64,000 bases of DNA from an uncultured delta proteobacterium (GCA_963771465.1 CAVYTU010000013.1:32001-96000), one strand, 5' to 3'; shown: positions 38,295 through 47,743, counted from the stretch's first letter. Notes: generated from the letters alone by a model not told the origin. Numbers and translations: made by a program.

Positions 38295-39278
38295 TCACCG
38301 AATCACCTTATCCGCCCGCACCAGCACATTCGGTGGAATCGTTAGACCGATCTGTTTGGCGGCTTTTAGATTGACGATAAATTCAAACTTAATCGGCTGC
38401 TCTACAGGGAGATCGGCAGGCTTTCTGCCTTTTAGAATCTTGTCCACAAACGTTGCGGCGCGCCGGAACAGATCGTTAAGGCTCGGACCGTAGCTCATAA
38501 GCCCACCGTCTTCGACAAATTCTGGGGCAAAGTATATTGCCGGAAGCCGGCTCTTTACCGCAAGTTCTGCAATTTGCGTTCGATGAGAATTGAGAATGGG
38601 GCTTTGTAGCAGAAGGACCGCGTGAGTACCGCCTTTGCTTGCGGCTCGGAATACAATCTCGATATCTTTGGGAGCGGCTACGTCGAGGGATTGAAGTTTT
38701 ACTCCGAACGCCGCCGCAGCGCGCTCCAGTTCTTTTAACGATTGCGCGTTGCCCGCTTGGCTTGCAGTCCCGACAACGGCGACGCGCGACATTTTAGGAA
38801 TTACTTCTTTCAAAAGCTCAAGTCGCTTTCCGCCGATCTCCGGGGCGAGGTTGGACAATCCCGTAATGTTTCCACCCGGACGCGCGAGACTTGCGACGAA
38901 TCCCGATGCCACAGGATCGGCTTCGTTCGTCATTACGATGGGGATACTGTTCGTTGATTCCTTGGCGGCGCGAGTTGACGTCGGACCGGTCGTGACGATC
39001 ACGTCTACCTTGAGACGCACTAGCTCGACCGCAAGCTCGGTGAGGCGATCGAGATTTCCCTCTGAATATCGATACTCGATGACAAAGGTTTTACCCTCAA
39101 AATGTCCAAGCTCACTGAGACCCCGCCGGAATGCTTCTGTACGGGCGGGGACTGAGGAAGGGGAGAGAGCGCTTAGATATCCGATCCGCGGGATTTTCGT
39201 TGTCTGCTGTGCTTCGGCTGGGATACAAAGTGCAAGGAGCACCGCGTTAAGCGCAAGGCGAATAACTTTGTTGCACAT
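38295..39278 (-). CDS. ABC substrate-binding protein, ABC_sub_bind (PF04392-like) family
   Basis: KIPRIGYL, DPVASGFVASLARPGGNITG, GGLMSYG and ADLPVEQP.KFE..VNLKAAKQIGLTIPP motifs. Confidence 0.92.
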   Translation of the reverse strand: MCNKVIRLALNAVLLALCIPAEAQQTTKIPRIGYLSALSPSSVPARTEAFRRGLSELGHFEGKTFVIEYRYSEGNLDRLTELAVELVRLKVDVIVTTGPTSTRAAKESTNSIPIVMTNEADPVASGFVASLARPGGNITGLSNLAPEIGGKRLELLKEVIPKMSRVAVVGTASQAGNAQSLKELERAAAAFGVKLQSLDVAAPKDIEIVFRAASKGGTHAVLLLQSPILNSHRTQIAELAVKSRLPAIYFAPEFVEDGGLMSYGPSLNDLFRRAATFVDKILKGRKPADLPVEQPIKFEFIVNLKAAKQIGLTIPPNVLVRADKVIR

Positions 39279-39338
39279 GAATGTTTTCTCCCCGCTGTTG
39301 CTACCGACTGCCGGCTCACCCCTAACTTCTTATTATCT

Positions 39339-40331
39339 TCACGGCCACACCGACTTGATGAAACCGGTTGATTCCAACTCTTCCATGAAACTCGGGTCCA
39401 TGAACTCCTCGGCTTTGCGGCCTTTGGCCTTGGGGTTGTTCTCGGCGATTAAACTCAGAGAATTCTCTACGCCTTTGGCGTTGATCTTGGGAATCTTTTT
39501 GATGTAGCGCGAGGTGAATAGATCGTGAGTTGTCGCCAACATGTCGCGGTCGGTGACGCCGCCGTATCGCCTTAGTGCGCGGATGCCGAGCTCGCGATCG
39601 GTGAAGAGTTTCTTGGTTCCTTCGATGTAGGCTTTGAGAAAGCGCAGCACCACGTCGCGATTGGCTTTGGCGTAACGGCGGCTGACGACCACCGTGGTGG
39701 CGGGACTTTCGAAGCCGGAATCGGCGAAGTCGATTAACGTGCGAAGATTCAACTTCTCCGCTTGCATCGAGGTGGGGAAGGAAATCATGCCGCCGTCGAC
39801 GATCTTTTGCGCGATGGCGGTGGCGATGTCGGGCATTCTGCCGATTTGCACGAGCTTGACGTCTTTCTGCGGTTCCAAGCCCCAATTCTTGAGCGCCGGC
39901 CGTACTAACAAATCCGTCAGCGATCCGAAGCGCGTCACGGCGAGCGTCTTGCCTTTGAGATCCTGTGGCTTGGTGATGCTCTGGTGCACCATTAGCTTCA
40001 TGATCTGATTGTCGATGGAACTAGCGACCTGCATCAAGTCGGCGCCTTCCACAGAGGCTTGCAGATAGACCACCGAGGAAATGGTGGCGAGATCGAGCTG
40101 GCCCGATACGTGAACTTGCACGAGTTGCACGCCTTGAACGTAAACCATTTCGCTGTCGAAGCCATATTTTTCCAGCAAGCCGGCTTCCTTGGTGGCGAAG
40201 AGCGGATAGAACGCGGCGCTGGGCGAGGGATAACCGACGCGCAGTTTGACGTTCGCGGCGCTTTGCGCCGCGAACGAATGGATAATGGATAATTGAAAAT
40301 TGATAATGACTAAGAGCAAGAGTCGTTTCAT
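39339..40331 (-). CDS. ABC substrate-binding protein, NMT1/SsuA-like
   Basis: LRVGYPS, DLKGKTLAVTRFGSLTD and EELESTGFI motifs. Confidence 0.88.
   Translation of the reverse strand: MKRLLLLVIINFQLSIIHSFAAQSAANVKLRVGYPSPSAAFYPLFATKEAGLLEKYGFDSEMVYVQGVQLVQVHVSGQLDLATISSVVYLQASVEGADLMQVASSIDNQIMKLMVHQSITKPQDLKGKTLAVTRFGSLTDLLVRPALKNWGLEPQKDVKLVQIGRMPDIATAIAQKIVDGGMISFPTSMQAEKLNLRTLIDFADSGFESPATTVVVSRRYAKANRDVVLRFLKAYIEGTKKLFTDRELGIRALRRYGGVTDRDMLATTHDLFTSRYIKKIPKINAKGVENSLSLIAENNPKAKGRKAEEFMDPSFMEELESTGFIKSVWP
40277..40310. repeat. 7-bp tandem repeat inside the signal-peptide coding region
   Basis: aatggat aatggat aattgaa aattgat aatgac, encoding VIINFQLSIIH on the minus strand. Confidence 0.7.
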
Positions 40332-40369
40332 CGTTCGACCTCCAGCGTAAACGCAAGCAATTTGGCCAA

Positions 40370-41202
40370 CTAAAGATCAAAAAGTTGCTGCGCGTTGGCG
40401 AACATGAGTTTGTCTTGCACTGCCGGTTTGAAATTCATTTTGTTGAAGCTGATAAGCGCCTTTTCTAAATCTACATAGGGGAAGTCGGTGCCGAACAGCG
40501 CCTTGTCTTGGAGCCGTCCGCCGATGGCCTTGAGAAAGACTTCCGGCAATTGCTCGGCCAGATAGCCGGAAGTGTCGACGAAAAGATTTTTCTTGTGCGT
40601 GACCACGCCGATGAGTTCTTGTTCCCATGGCCAGCCTGGGTGAGCGGCGATGATTTTCATTTTCGGAAAATCACGGGCCAACATGTCGAGATGAATAGGC
40701 CTGCCGTAGTCGAGGGCGATACCGCTGCCACCGTCGGTATTCGCTCCCAGCACAGTGAAGCCGACGTGGAATAGCGCAGGTTTGCCGCTCGCCTGGATCA
40801 CTTCCCAAATATCGTAAAACCGCTTGTCGTTGGGATAGAAGCCTTGATCGGGCGGATGAAACTTGAAGCCTTTGACCGCGGGATTCTTCACCAACTCCGA
40901 GGCGTAGCGCGCGACGGCGGTTAGATCTGCCGCGTTGGTGTCGAGCGATGCGAGGATTCCCGCAAAAGCGTTTGGATGATTGGCGACCAGTTCGAGCACA
41001 TGTTCGTTGCTGTTGCGCGAGCCTTCGTTGACCGTTGAGGGATGCCAGCCGATCAGCAAAGCCTGAACGTCGTTCTTCACATATAATTCAGCGAAACTTT
41101 GGCTGTTTGCGGGATGTCGGCGAGATTTCTTCTGAAGTAGCCGCAGGCGTGATGGTCCAGCCCGCGGGTGCTGGGATGGACGTGGACGTCAATCGCTTTC
41201 AT
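40370..41202 (-). pseudogene. Amidohydrolase_2 family protein with a 1-nt frameshift at about 41100
   Basis: ATG 41202 gives MKAIDVHVHPST...; adding one base at about 41100 joins it to ORF 40370-41080 (KFHP, FHVG, AHPGWPW, FGTDFP). Confidence 0.8.
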
Positions 41203-41212
41203 GTTGGCTTGG

Positions 41213-42397
41213 TCAATTCGCGCGCGATCTCAGCCAAGGATTGGCCTTGTCGTTGGTGTAGAACGATTGGTTTTCGCCGGCCATGTCGGTGAGCAGGTTC
41301 GGCGCAGGTAACGGTTTGTCTCCGAGCATTTGATTCGTCCTAGCCAAGTCTTGAAGTAACCCGGCTGCGCCAATGGCATCTATTTCCTTCAACGGCGGCT
41401 TGGGCATCTTGATGCCTTCGGTGGCGACATAGTCTACTGTGGCCGGCGTTTCGCCGAGCTCCGCGACGCGGGCGGCGGCGACGAGCATCGAGGTTCGAAG
41501 CGCGCGTTTTATGGTTTCGTCATCGAGGCTGCGGCTGTCAGCGTCCGCTTGCTCATAAATCTTCGCGTTGGGCTTTTGCTCGACGTAAAATTTTGGATTG
41601 TCTTTCGCCAAATTAGTGAGCAATGGCGACGAGCGTAAAAAAATGTCGCCGCGCAGCTCCGCCATGACGCGCGTGACGTCCTCGACGATGGACGGTTTCC
41701 AACTATCGAAACTGATGAATGGCGGCAGCAATTTTAGATCCTTGGCCTGCTGATCGACCTGCTCGATGCGAGCGCCGCATTCCAGCAAGCGCACGGCCAT
41801 GACCGCGTAGACCATCAAGATGCCATTGGAGACGAAGCCGGAAATGTCCTGGGTCGGAACGGGTTCGCGACCGAGAGTCTTCAGGAACTCCAAGATCGAT
41901 TCTCGGTTGGCCGCGTCCATATCGCCGGTGACGACTTCGACCATCTGCGTGTAGAGCACTGGATTGAAAAAGTGGGTGAGGGCGAACTTGTGGCTGTTGA
42001 CCATGCCAACGCTTAACAAGGTCGCGCGCGTCACGGATGACGTGTTGGTCGTGAGCAGACCTTTAAAGCCGGCTTCACGCAGGGTTTTGTAGACGGTGAG
42101 TTTTGTTCTGGCGTTTTCCGAAACCGCTTCGGTGATGTGATCGGTCTCCACCAGACCAGCGAGATCACTGGCCGGTATGAGGAGCGTGCGAAGATTGTCG
42201 ATCTCTTGGTCCGTGATGCGGTTACGCTTCTGCAAACGATCGATGGTTTGTTCGCGCCGATCGGTCAACGAATCCATGATTGATTGCGCCGCGTCATAAA
42301 CCAGCGTGCGAAAACCTTTCATCGCATAGAGAAAGGCGATGTCAAAGCCCATCACGCCGAGGCCGACGACGCCGACAGTACGAATTGGCTTGCTCAT
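41213..42397 (-). CDS. 3-hydroxyacyl-CoA dehydrogenase family
   Basis: VGLGVMG..IA, EAVSEN, TNTSS, HFFNP and GFVSN motifs. ATG 42397 preferred. Confidence 0.87.
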   Translation of the reverse strand: MSKPIRTVGVVGLGVMGFDIAFLYAMKGFRTLVYDAAQSIMDSLTDRREQTIDRLQKRNRITDQEIDNLRTLLIPASDLAGLVETDHITEAVSENARTKLTVYKTLREAGFKGLLTTNTSSVTRATLLSVGMVNSHKFALTHFFNPVLYTQMVEVVTGDMDAANRESILEFLKTLGREPVPTQDISGFVSNGILMVYAVMAVRLLECGARIEQVDQQAKDLKLLPPFISFDSWKPSIVEDVTRVMAELRGDIFLRSSPLLTNLAKDNPKFYVEQKPNAKIYEQADADSRSLDDETIKRALRTSMLVAAARVAELGETPATVDYVATEGIKMPKPPLKEIDAIGAAGLLQDLARTNQMLGDKPLPAPNLLTDMAGENQSFYTNDKANPWLRSRAN

Positions 42398-42526
42398 CCG
42401 GTAATCTCTGCTGAAAAAATTGACTGGTCGGGAAATATCACACGCAGTCGGGCAACTCAATGAAGTGAATCGCATTGCCTTGACTTGGTATAAGGCGTTC
42501 TCTATTACTGCCAGCGTGCACGGAGG

Positions 42527-43549
42527 ATGGCTTTGATGAAGCGCTTCGAGGGATTTGGTTTAGCCGCGGTTATGTTGCTCGCACTGATGTTTTCGCACGT
42601 CAGTAACGCTCGCGCGGGACAAGCCGGGGAGTTGGAAAAACTAAACGTCTGCTACTCGTCGATTGCTGCGACTTCGATCACGACTTGGGTACCGCATGAG
42701 GCGGGCATTTTCAAAAAATACGGTCTCGACGTGAGCGTGATTTACGTCGCCGGGGCCCAGGCGATCACGACTTTGCTTTCTGGCGATGCGCATATCGTGC
42801 AAGGGTCGGGAGCCGCCGCCGCGTTGTCGCGTTTGTCGGGCTCGGATGCGATTACCATCGCGACGACGATCAATGTGATTCCCATGAGTTTGGTTACGAC
42901 GCCGGACATCGCGACGCCCCAAGATCTCAAAGGCAAAACATTCGGCGTCAGTCGCTTCGGCTCGCTTACCGATCTAGGTCTGCGCAAAGCCGCGGTCGAA
43001 TTCGGACTCGATCCGAACAAAGACATCAAGATGATTCAAACCGGCGGCGTGCCGGAGATTTTGCTTTTCATGCAGCAGGGCGTGATCAAAGGCGGACTCA
43101 TTTCGTCGCCGACTTTGGAAAAAGCCAAAGAGCTGGGCTACCGGGAGTTGATGAATTTGAGCGAAGTGAAGTTTCGTTACCCCGGGACGGCGTTGGTGAC
43201 GACCGATGCCTTCATTCGAAACCGGCCGCAGACGCTCAACCGCTTTCTCAAGGCGACCTTGGAAGGGATCAAATACGCCAAGGCGAATCCAGACTTCACC
43301 GTGCGTGTGCTCGGCAAGTACACACGCAACACCGACACCAAGCTGCTCATGAGCGCGTTCAAGAGTTATGTGCTCGGTTATATCCGCAACATCCCCACGG
43401 TCACCCTGCCTGAGATGGAAGCGGTAATTGAAGATATTGCCGAGCGCAATCCCAAAGCCAAAGGCGCCGACGCGCGCCGTTTCTACGACCCCGCGCCGCT
43501 GGAGCAGTTAGCGAAGGAAGGGTTTATCAAGGAGTTATACCCGCGTTAG
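42527..43549 (+). CDS. ABC substrate-binding protein, NMT1/SsuA-like
   Basis: Signal peptide, AGIFKKYGLDV and DLKGKTFGVSRFGSLTD motifs. Confidence 0.88.
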   Translation: MALMKRFEGFGLAAVMLLALMFSHVSNARAGQAGELEKLNVCYSSIAATSITTWVPHEAGIFKKYGLDVSVIYVAGAQAITTLLSGDAHIVQGSGAAAALSRLSGSDAITIATTINVIPMSLVTTPDIATPQDLKGKTFGVSRFGSLTDLGLRKAAVEFGLDPNKDIKMIQTGGVPEILLFMQQGVIKGGLISSPTLEKAKELGYRELMNLSEVKFRYPGTALVTTDAFIRNRPQTLNRFLKATLEGIKYAKANPDFTVRVLGKYTRNTDTKLLMSAFKSYVLGYIRNIPTVTLPEMEAVIEDIAERNPKAKGADARRFYDPAPLEQLAKEGFIKELYPR

Positions 43550-43709
43550 ATTCGCAAGCCAGTTTAAGACATTCGCGTGGCTCACATCGTTCAAACCTGC
43601 CGAAAGCTTGACGGTTACCATTGGCCTGGCGTAAGTAGAGCAGAAATCGTTCTCGCAGGGCAACCCTCGGTGGTTGCCACTTTTATCCTGAGTGCTGAAA
43701 AGGATCACC

Positions 43710-44765
43710 ATGAAAGCCGCTGTGTTGTACGAAGTGCGCCAGCCTCTCAGAATCGAAGAACTGGAAATGCCGGACGTGCACGATGACGACGTATTGATCA
43801 AAGTCGTCTCGTGCGGCGTGTGTCATACCGACCTGAAAGTCATCGAAGGGCGCAATCGCTTTACGCCGCCGACCATCCTCGGCCACGAAGTCGCCGGCAC
43901 GGTGGAGCAGGTTGGCGCGCTGTGCAAAGATTTCAAAGCCGGCGACCGAGTGATCATCGGCATGCGCTACAAGTGCGGCCGCTGCCGCTACTGTCTGAGC
44001 GCGCACGAAAATCTCTGCGAGCGCCGGCCGGCGCCGCCGAATTTAAAAAAGAAAGACGGCACGGTAGTGACCCGCTGGAATGTCGGCGGCTTCGCGCAGT
44101 ACGTTGCCGTCCCGGCGTATATGGCGTTCAAAATCCCCGACGTCATTTCCATGGAAGAGGCGAGCGTGGTCGGCTGCCGGGTGACGACGGCCTACAACGC
44201 CGTCAAACATCGCGGCAAGCTGGAGCCCAACGAATCGGCGCTGGTGATCGGCTGCGGCGGCATCGGCCTCAACACGATTCAGTTCCTCAAATGCTTTGGC
44301 GCCTTTCCGATCATCGCCGTCGATATCGCTGAGGAAAAACTAGCCGCGGCGAAAAGTTTCGGCGCCACGCACACGATCAACGCGGCGAGTGAAGACCCGG
44401 TGAAGGCGGTAATCAAACTCACCGCAGGCGGTGTCGACAAATCCTTCGAAGCGATCGGCAACAGCAAAACTTCAGATCAAATCATCCAAGCGACACGACC
44501 GGGCGGCACGGCGACGATCATTGGCGGCCTGGGCAGCGGGCCGTTCACCATCAGCAGCGGCAACTTCGTCACCAAGGAAATCACCATCACCGGCGTGTCC
44601 AGCAGGCAGGCCAACGACGTCGACGAAGTGTTTCAAATGGCGCAGCAAGGCCGGATCGAATTGAAGCAACTCATCACCAGGAGTTACCCCTACGAGCAGA
44701 TCAACGAAGCCTTGGAAGATTTGGAGCATGGCAAGCTCAGGATGGGGATTTCGATTTGGAACTGA
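43710..44765 (+). CDS. Zinc-dependent alcohol dehydrogenase
   Basis: GVCHTD, GHEVAG, CGRCRYC..C and GCGGIG motifs. Confidence 0.92.
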   Translation: MKAAVLYEVRQPLRIEELEMPDVHDDDVLIKVVSCGVCHTDLKVIEGRNRFTPPTILGHEVAGTVEQVGALCKDFKAGDRVIIGMRYKCGRCRYCLSAHENLCERRPAPPNLKKKDGTVVTRWNVGGFAQYVAVPAYMAFKIPDVISMEEASVVGCRVTTAYNAVKHRGKLEPNESALVIGCGGIGLNTIQFLKCFGAFPIIAVDIAEEKLAAAKSFGATHTINAASEDPVKAVIKLTAGGVDKSFEAIGNSKTSDQIIQATRPGGTATIIGGLGSGPFTISSGNFVTKEITITGVSSRQANDVDEVFQMAQQGRIELKQLITRSYPYEQINEALEDLEHGKLRMGISIWN

Positions 44766-44779
44766 AGAAGAATTAAGCT

Positions 44780-44810
44780 CGTTCCAAACGTTCAAGCCGT
44801 TCAAATCGTT
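44780..44810. repeat. 9-bp GTTCAA repeat
   Basis: cgttccaaa cgttcaagc cgttcaaat cgtt. Confidence 0.75.
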
Positions 44811-44832
44811 TTCGGATGTTTCGGAGTAGGAG

Positions 44833-44961
44833 ATGAATTTAAAAAGATCGTTGGCGTTGGTTGTATTCGTCGTCGGCGCGGCGGCGCCCATCGGCCTCAA
44901 CCGCAACGCCACCAACTACGGCGCGCTGCTCTACTTATCGATTGAGCATAATCTCTTTTGA
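44833..44961 (+). pseudogene. Short remnant resembling the N-terminus of an SBP
   Basis: AGGAG RBS then MNLKRSLALVVFVVGAAAPIGLNRNATNYGALLYLSIEHNLF* (42 aa): signal-like start plus an LY.SIE.NLF segment like the SBP 'L.IA.E.G.F' motif. Confidence 0.45.
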
Positions 44962-44997
44962 GCCGAATCGGGCCTGAGAAATTACCGGAGGTGAAGC

Positions 44998-46089
44998 ATG
45001 CAAGGAGTTATCGACGCTGACACGCATATCTCGGAGGGCGCGTCGATGTGGGCGTTGATGGATCAGGCGATGCAGCCGCGCCGGCCGATCATGCTATCGG
45101 TGCCGGAAGATACCTGGTACGGCAATCGCAATGCCTTCTGGCTGATCGACGGCGAGATTTACCCCAAGCCCGCCGGCAAGGGCAGCTTTGCGCTGGTCAC
45201 ACCCTCGGCGCAGAAAGTCCAAGCCGGACGTAAAGACTCGACGCCAGCGACGCGCGAGATGACCGACATTGAGGCGCGCGTCGCTGACATGGACAAGCTC
45301 AGTACGGCGATGCAGGTTGTCTATCCCACGCTTTTTCTGGTTTACAACACCAAAGATCGAGATTTAGAAGTTGCGTTGTGCCGCGCCTACAACCGCTTTC
45401 TCGCCCAGGCCTGCGGCCAGGCGCCGGAGCGGATAAAATGGGTGGCGGTGTTGCCATTTCAGTCGATGAGCGTTGCCCTCGATGAAATTCGCTTTGCCAA
45501 ACAGAACGGCGCGGTGGGCATCTTTTTTCGCGGCATCGAAGGCGAATACACACTCGACCATCCGTATCTTTTCCCAGTGTACGAGGAAGCGCAGAAGCAT
45601 AACCTGTCGATCTGCGTGCACACCGGCTGTGGTGTGAAGCAGATACTGGATATGTTCGACCTGGCGCGCAACCACACCTTCGGCCATACGCGGGTGATGC
45701 CGCTGCTGGCGTTTCGCGATCTGGTGGCTAATAGGATTCCCGAACAGTTTCCAAACCTGCGCTTCGGCTTCATCGAAGCGGCGGCCGGCTGGGCGCCGTT
45801 TTTGATCCACATCATTCGCCGCTTGCTCAAAGAACGGTTCAAGTACGGCTCCAGCGCCGAGCTGTTTCGCGAGTACCGATTGTTCATCGCCTGCGAAGCC
45901 GATGAGGATATTTCTTATATCGCCAAGTACACCGGCGAGGAGCACCTGCTGATTGGCTCGGACTATCCCCACAGCGATCCGTCGCGGGAAGATCAGTTCG
46001 TCAACGCCATCAACGTGCGCGAAGATATTTCGGCGGCGCTGAAGCAAAAGCTGCTTTACGACAATCCGCGCACGTTTTATGCGTTGTAG
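44998..46089 (+). CDS. Amidohydrolase_2 family protein
   Basis: IDADTH, VVYPT, CVHTG, FIEAAAGW and IGSDYPHSD motifs. Confidence 0.88.
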   Translation: MQGVIDADTHISEGASMWALMDQAMQPRRPIMLSVPEDTWYGNRNAFWLIDGEIYPKPAGKGSFALVTPSAQKVQAGRKDSTPATREMTDIEARVADMDKLSTAMQVVYPTLFLVYNTKDRDLEVALCRAYNRFLAQACGQAPERIKWVAVLPFQSMSVALDEIRFAKQNGAVGIFFRGIEGEYTLDHPYLFPVYEEAQKHNLSICVHTGCGVKQILDMFDLARNHTFGHTRVMPLLAFRDLVANRIPEQFPNLRFGFIEAAAGWAPFLIHIIRRLLKERFKYGSSAELFREYRLFIACEADEDISYIAKYTGEEHLLIGSDYPHSDPSREDQFVNAINVREDISAALKQKLLYDNPRTFYAL

Positions 46090-46093
46090 CCTT

Positions 46094-46610
46094 ATGAGAC
46101 TTAAGACGGTGTTCGTTGCAGTTTTAATTGCGATAAATTGCTCGTTCGTATCGCTCGCGGCGGGGCAGGAAGTTTTCATCGGCAATCCGGGCAAGAGTCT
46201 CAACTTCTTTCACTTCGACTTGGCCATCGAGCGCGGCTTTCTTCCGCGAGCTCGGTCTCGATGTCAAACTATTGCATACGAAATGCGATGTCGCGGTGAC
46301 GGCGTTGCTGACCGGCGATCTCCAGGCGACGGGCTGCGTTGGCACGGCGTCGCGCGTGATCGCCAGCCAAAACGTGCCGGTGCGCACGGTGATCTGGCTG
46401 TTCAAGAAACCGACTTTCTACGTGGTCGCCAGACCCGAAATCAAAAGCGCGGCCGATTTGAGAGGCAAGACGGTCGGTATCAGCTCTTTCGGCCGAGTTA
46501 TGATTGAAACGCTCGGCACGGCGGTGGGCAAAAACGTCGACTTCCCGCCCGAGCGATTGGTCGATTACACGCTCCTACGGGAAGCGCAAAAAGAGTTGGG
46601 CGTTCAGTAA
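46094..46610 (+). pseudogene. Degraded NMT1/SsuA-like SBP (extra base at about 46240 and a large internal deletion at about 46493)
   Basis: LAIERGF continues FRELGLDVKL in the next frame. DLRGKTVGISSFG is joined directly to the C-terminal ...LVDYTLLREAQKELG. Confidence 0.8.
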
Positions 46611-46620
46611 GGAAGCCGTT

Positions 46621-47565
46621 ATGAAAAAAACCTGGGCGATCATTTTTGTTTTGACATGGACGCTTGGGGTGGCGACATCGGCGTTGAGCGCCGACGCGCC
46701 GTCCAAGGTACGCATCGCTTACGCGAGCCGGAGCAGCTCGGCGTTGCCGCAGTACATGGCGTTGCAAAAAGATTTCTTCAAAGCCGAAGGGCTCGACGTT
46801 GAAATCATTCAGATGAATCCCCGGCTCGGCGCCACCGCGGTGGTCAACGGCGACGTCTCCTTTGCTACGCCGTTTACCAGCACGTTTCGCGGTGTGCTTC
46901 AGGGATTCCCGATGAAGCTCGTCTTCGTTCATATCAAAAAAGGTCCCTACTACGTCATGGTGCGGCCAGAGATCAAGGACGTGCAGCAACTCAAAGGCAA
47001 AAAGATCGGCGTGGCGACGATCAAAGGCACGGATCAATTGGTCGCCGAAGAAATGCTGCAAGCCAAGGGTTTTAACACGAGCCTGCTGCAGGCTGTTGCT
47101 ATCGGCGACGGCCCGGTGCGGATGCAGGCGCTGATCAGCGGCGCCGTCGAGGCGGTTTGTTTGGCGCCGCCGCACGATCTGATGCTGCGCAAACTGGGTT
47201 ATAACGCACTCGTCGGCCCACCGGAAGTAGGATTGCCGTCCGCCGGCATGCTCACTTCGGATCGTCTCATCAAGGAGAACCCACAGATCGTTCGACGCAC
47301 CCTCAAAGCTTTGTTGCGGTCGCATTACCATATTGTCGAGAACCGGCAAGACTCGATCCAGACTCTGATCAAATGGCTGCCGCAGCCGCTCGATGTTGCC
47401 GAACACTCCTATGACGCCGAGCTGAAGAATTTGAACCGCGACGGACTTTTGACGGATGCGGAAATCGAAGCGATCATCGAACGAGTCGGCGACAAAAAAC
47501 GTCCGTTGGATGAGGTGAGAGATTTTTCCTTCGCGCGCGCCGCGCTGAAGGAACTGGGCCGGTGA
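46621..47565 (+). CDS. ABC substrate-binding protein, NMT1/SsuA-like
   Basis: Signal peptide from ATG 46621, FFKAEGLDVE and QLKGKKIGV motifs. Confidence 0.88.
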   Translation: MKKTWAIIFVLTWTLGVATSALSADAPSKVRIAYASRSSSALPQYMALQKDFFKAEGLDVEIIQMNPRLGATAVVNGDVSFATPFTSTFRGVLQGFPMKLVFVHIKKGPYYVMVRPEIKDVQQLKGKKIGVATIKGTDQLVAEEMLQAKGFNTSLLQAVAIGDGPVRMQALISGAVEAVCLAPPHDLMLRKLGYNALVGPPEVGLPSAGMLTSDRLIKENPQIVRRTLKALLRSHYHIVENRQDSIQTLIKWLPQPLDVAEHSYDAELKNLNRDGLLTDAEIEAIIERVGDKKRPLDEVRDFSFARAALKELGR

Positions 47566-47568
47566 TGA

Positions 47569-47647
47569 TTGAATAATCGGCGATGGAATACTGGAGTATT
47601 GAGCCGGAATTCCAAAATCTCATCATTCCACTATTCCGACACTTCCA
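47569..47647. repeat. 8-bp periodic repeats (TGGARTAY / TCCA.TAT type) in inverted arrangement
   Basis: tggaatac tggagtat tgag ... tccaaaat ctcatcat tccactat tccgacac ttcca. Confidence 0.65.
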
Positions 47648-47743
47648 GTTCCTATCCCTCAAAGGTTTTCTTTCGTCTCGAAGCGCTCGCCTAATTCCGA
47701 CACGCAGTGGCAGCGACGAAACATTCGTCAGGCTACGCACCAA

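Noticed and set aside
40351-40369. TTGGC...TTGC on the minus strand as a sigma-54 promoter
   Set aside because: The spacing is one base too long for -24/-12, and it lies inside an operon.
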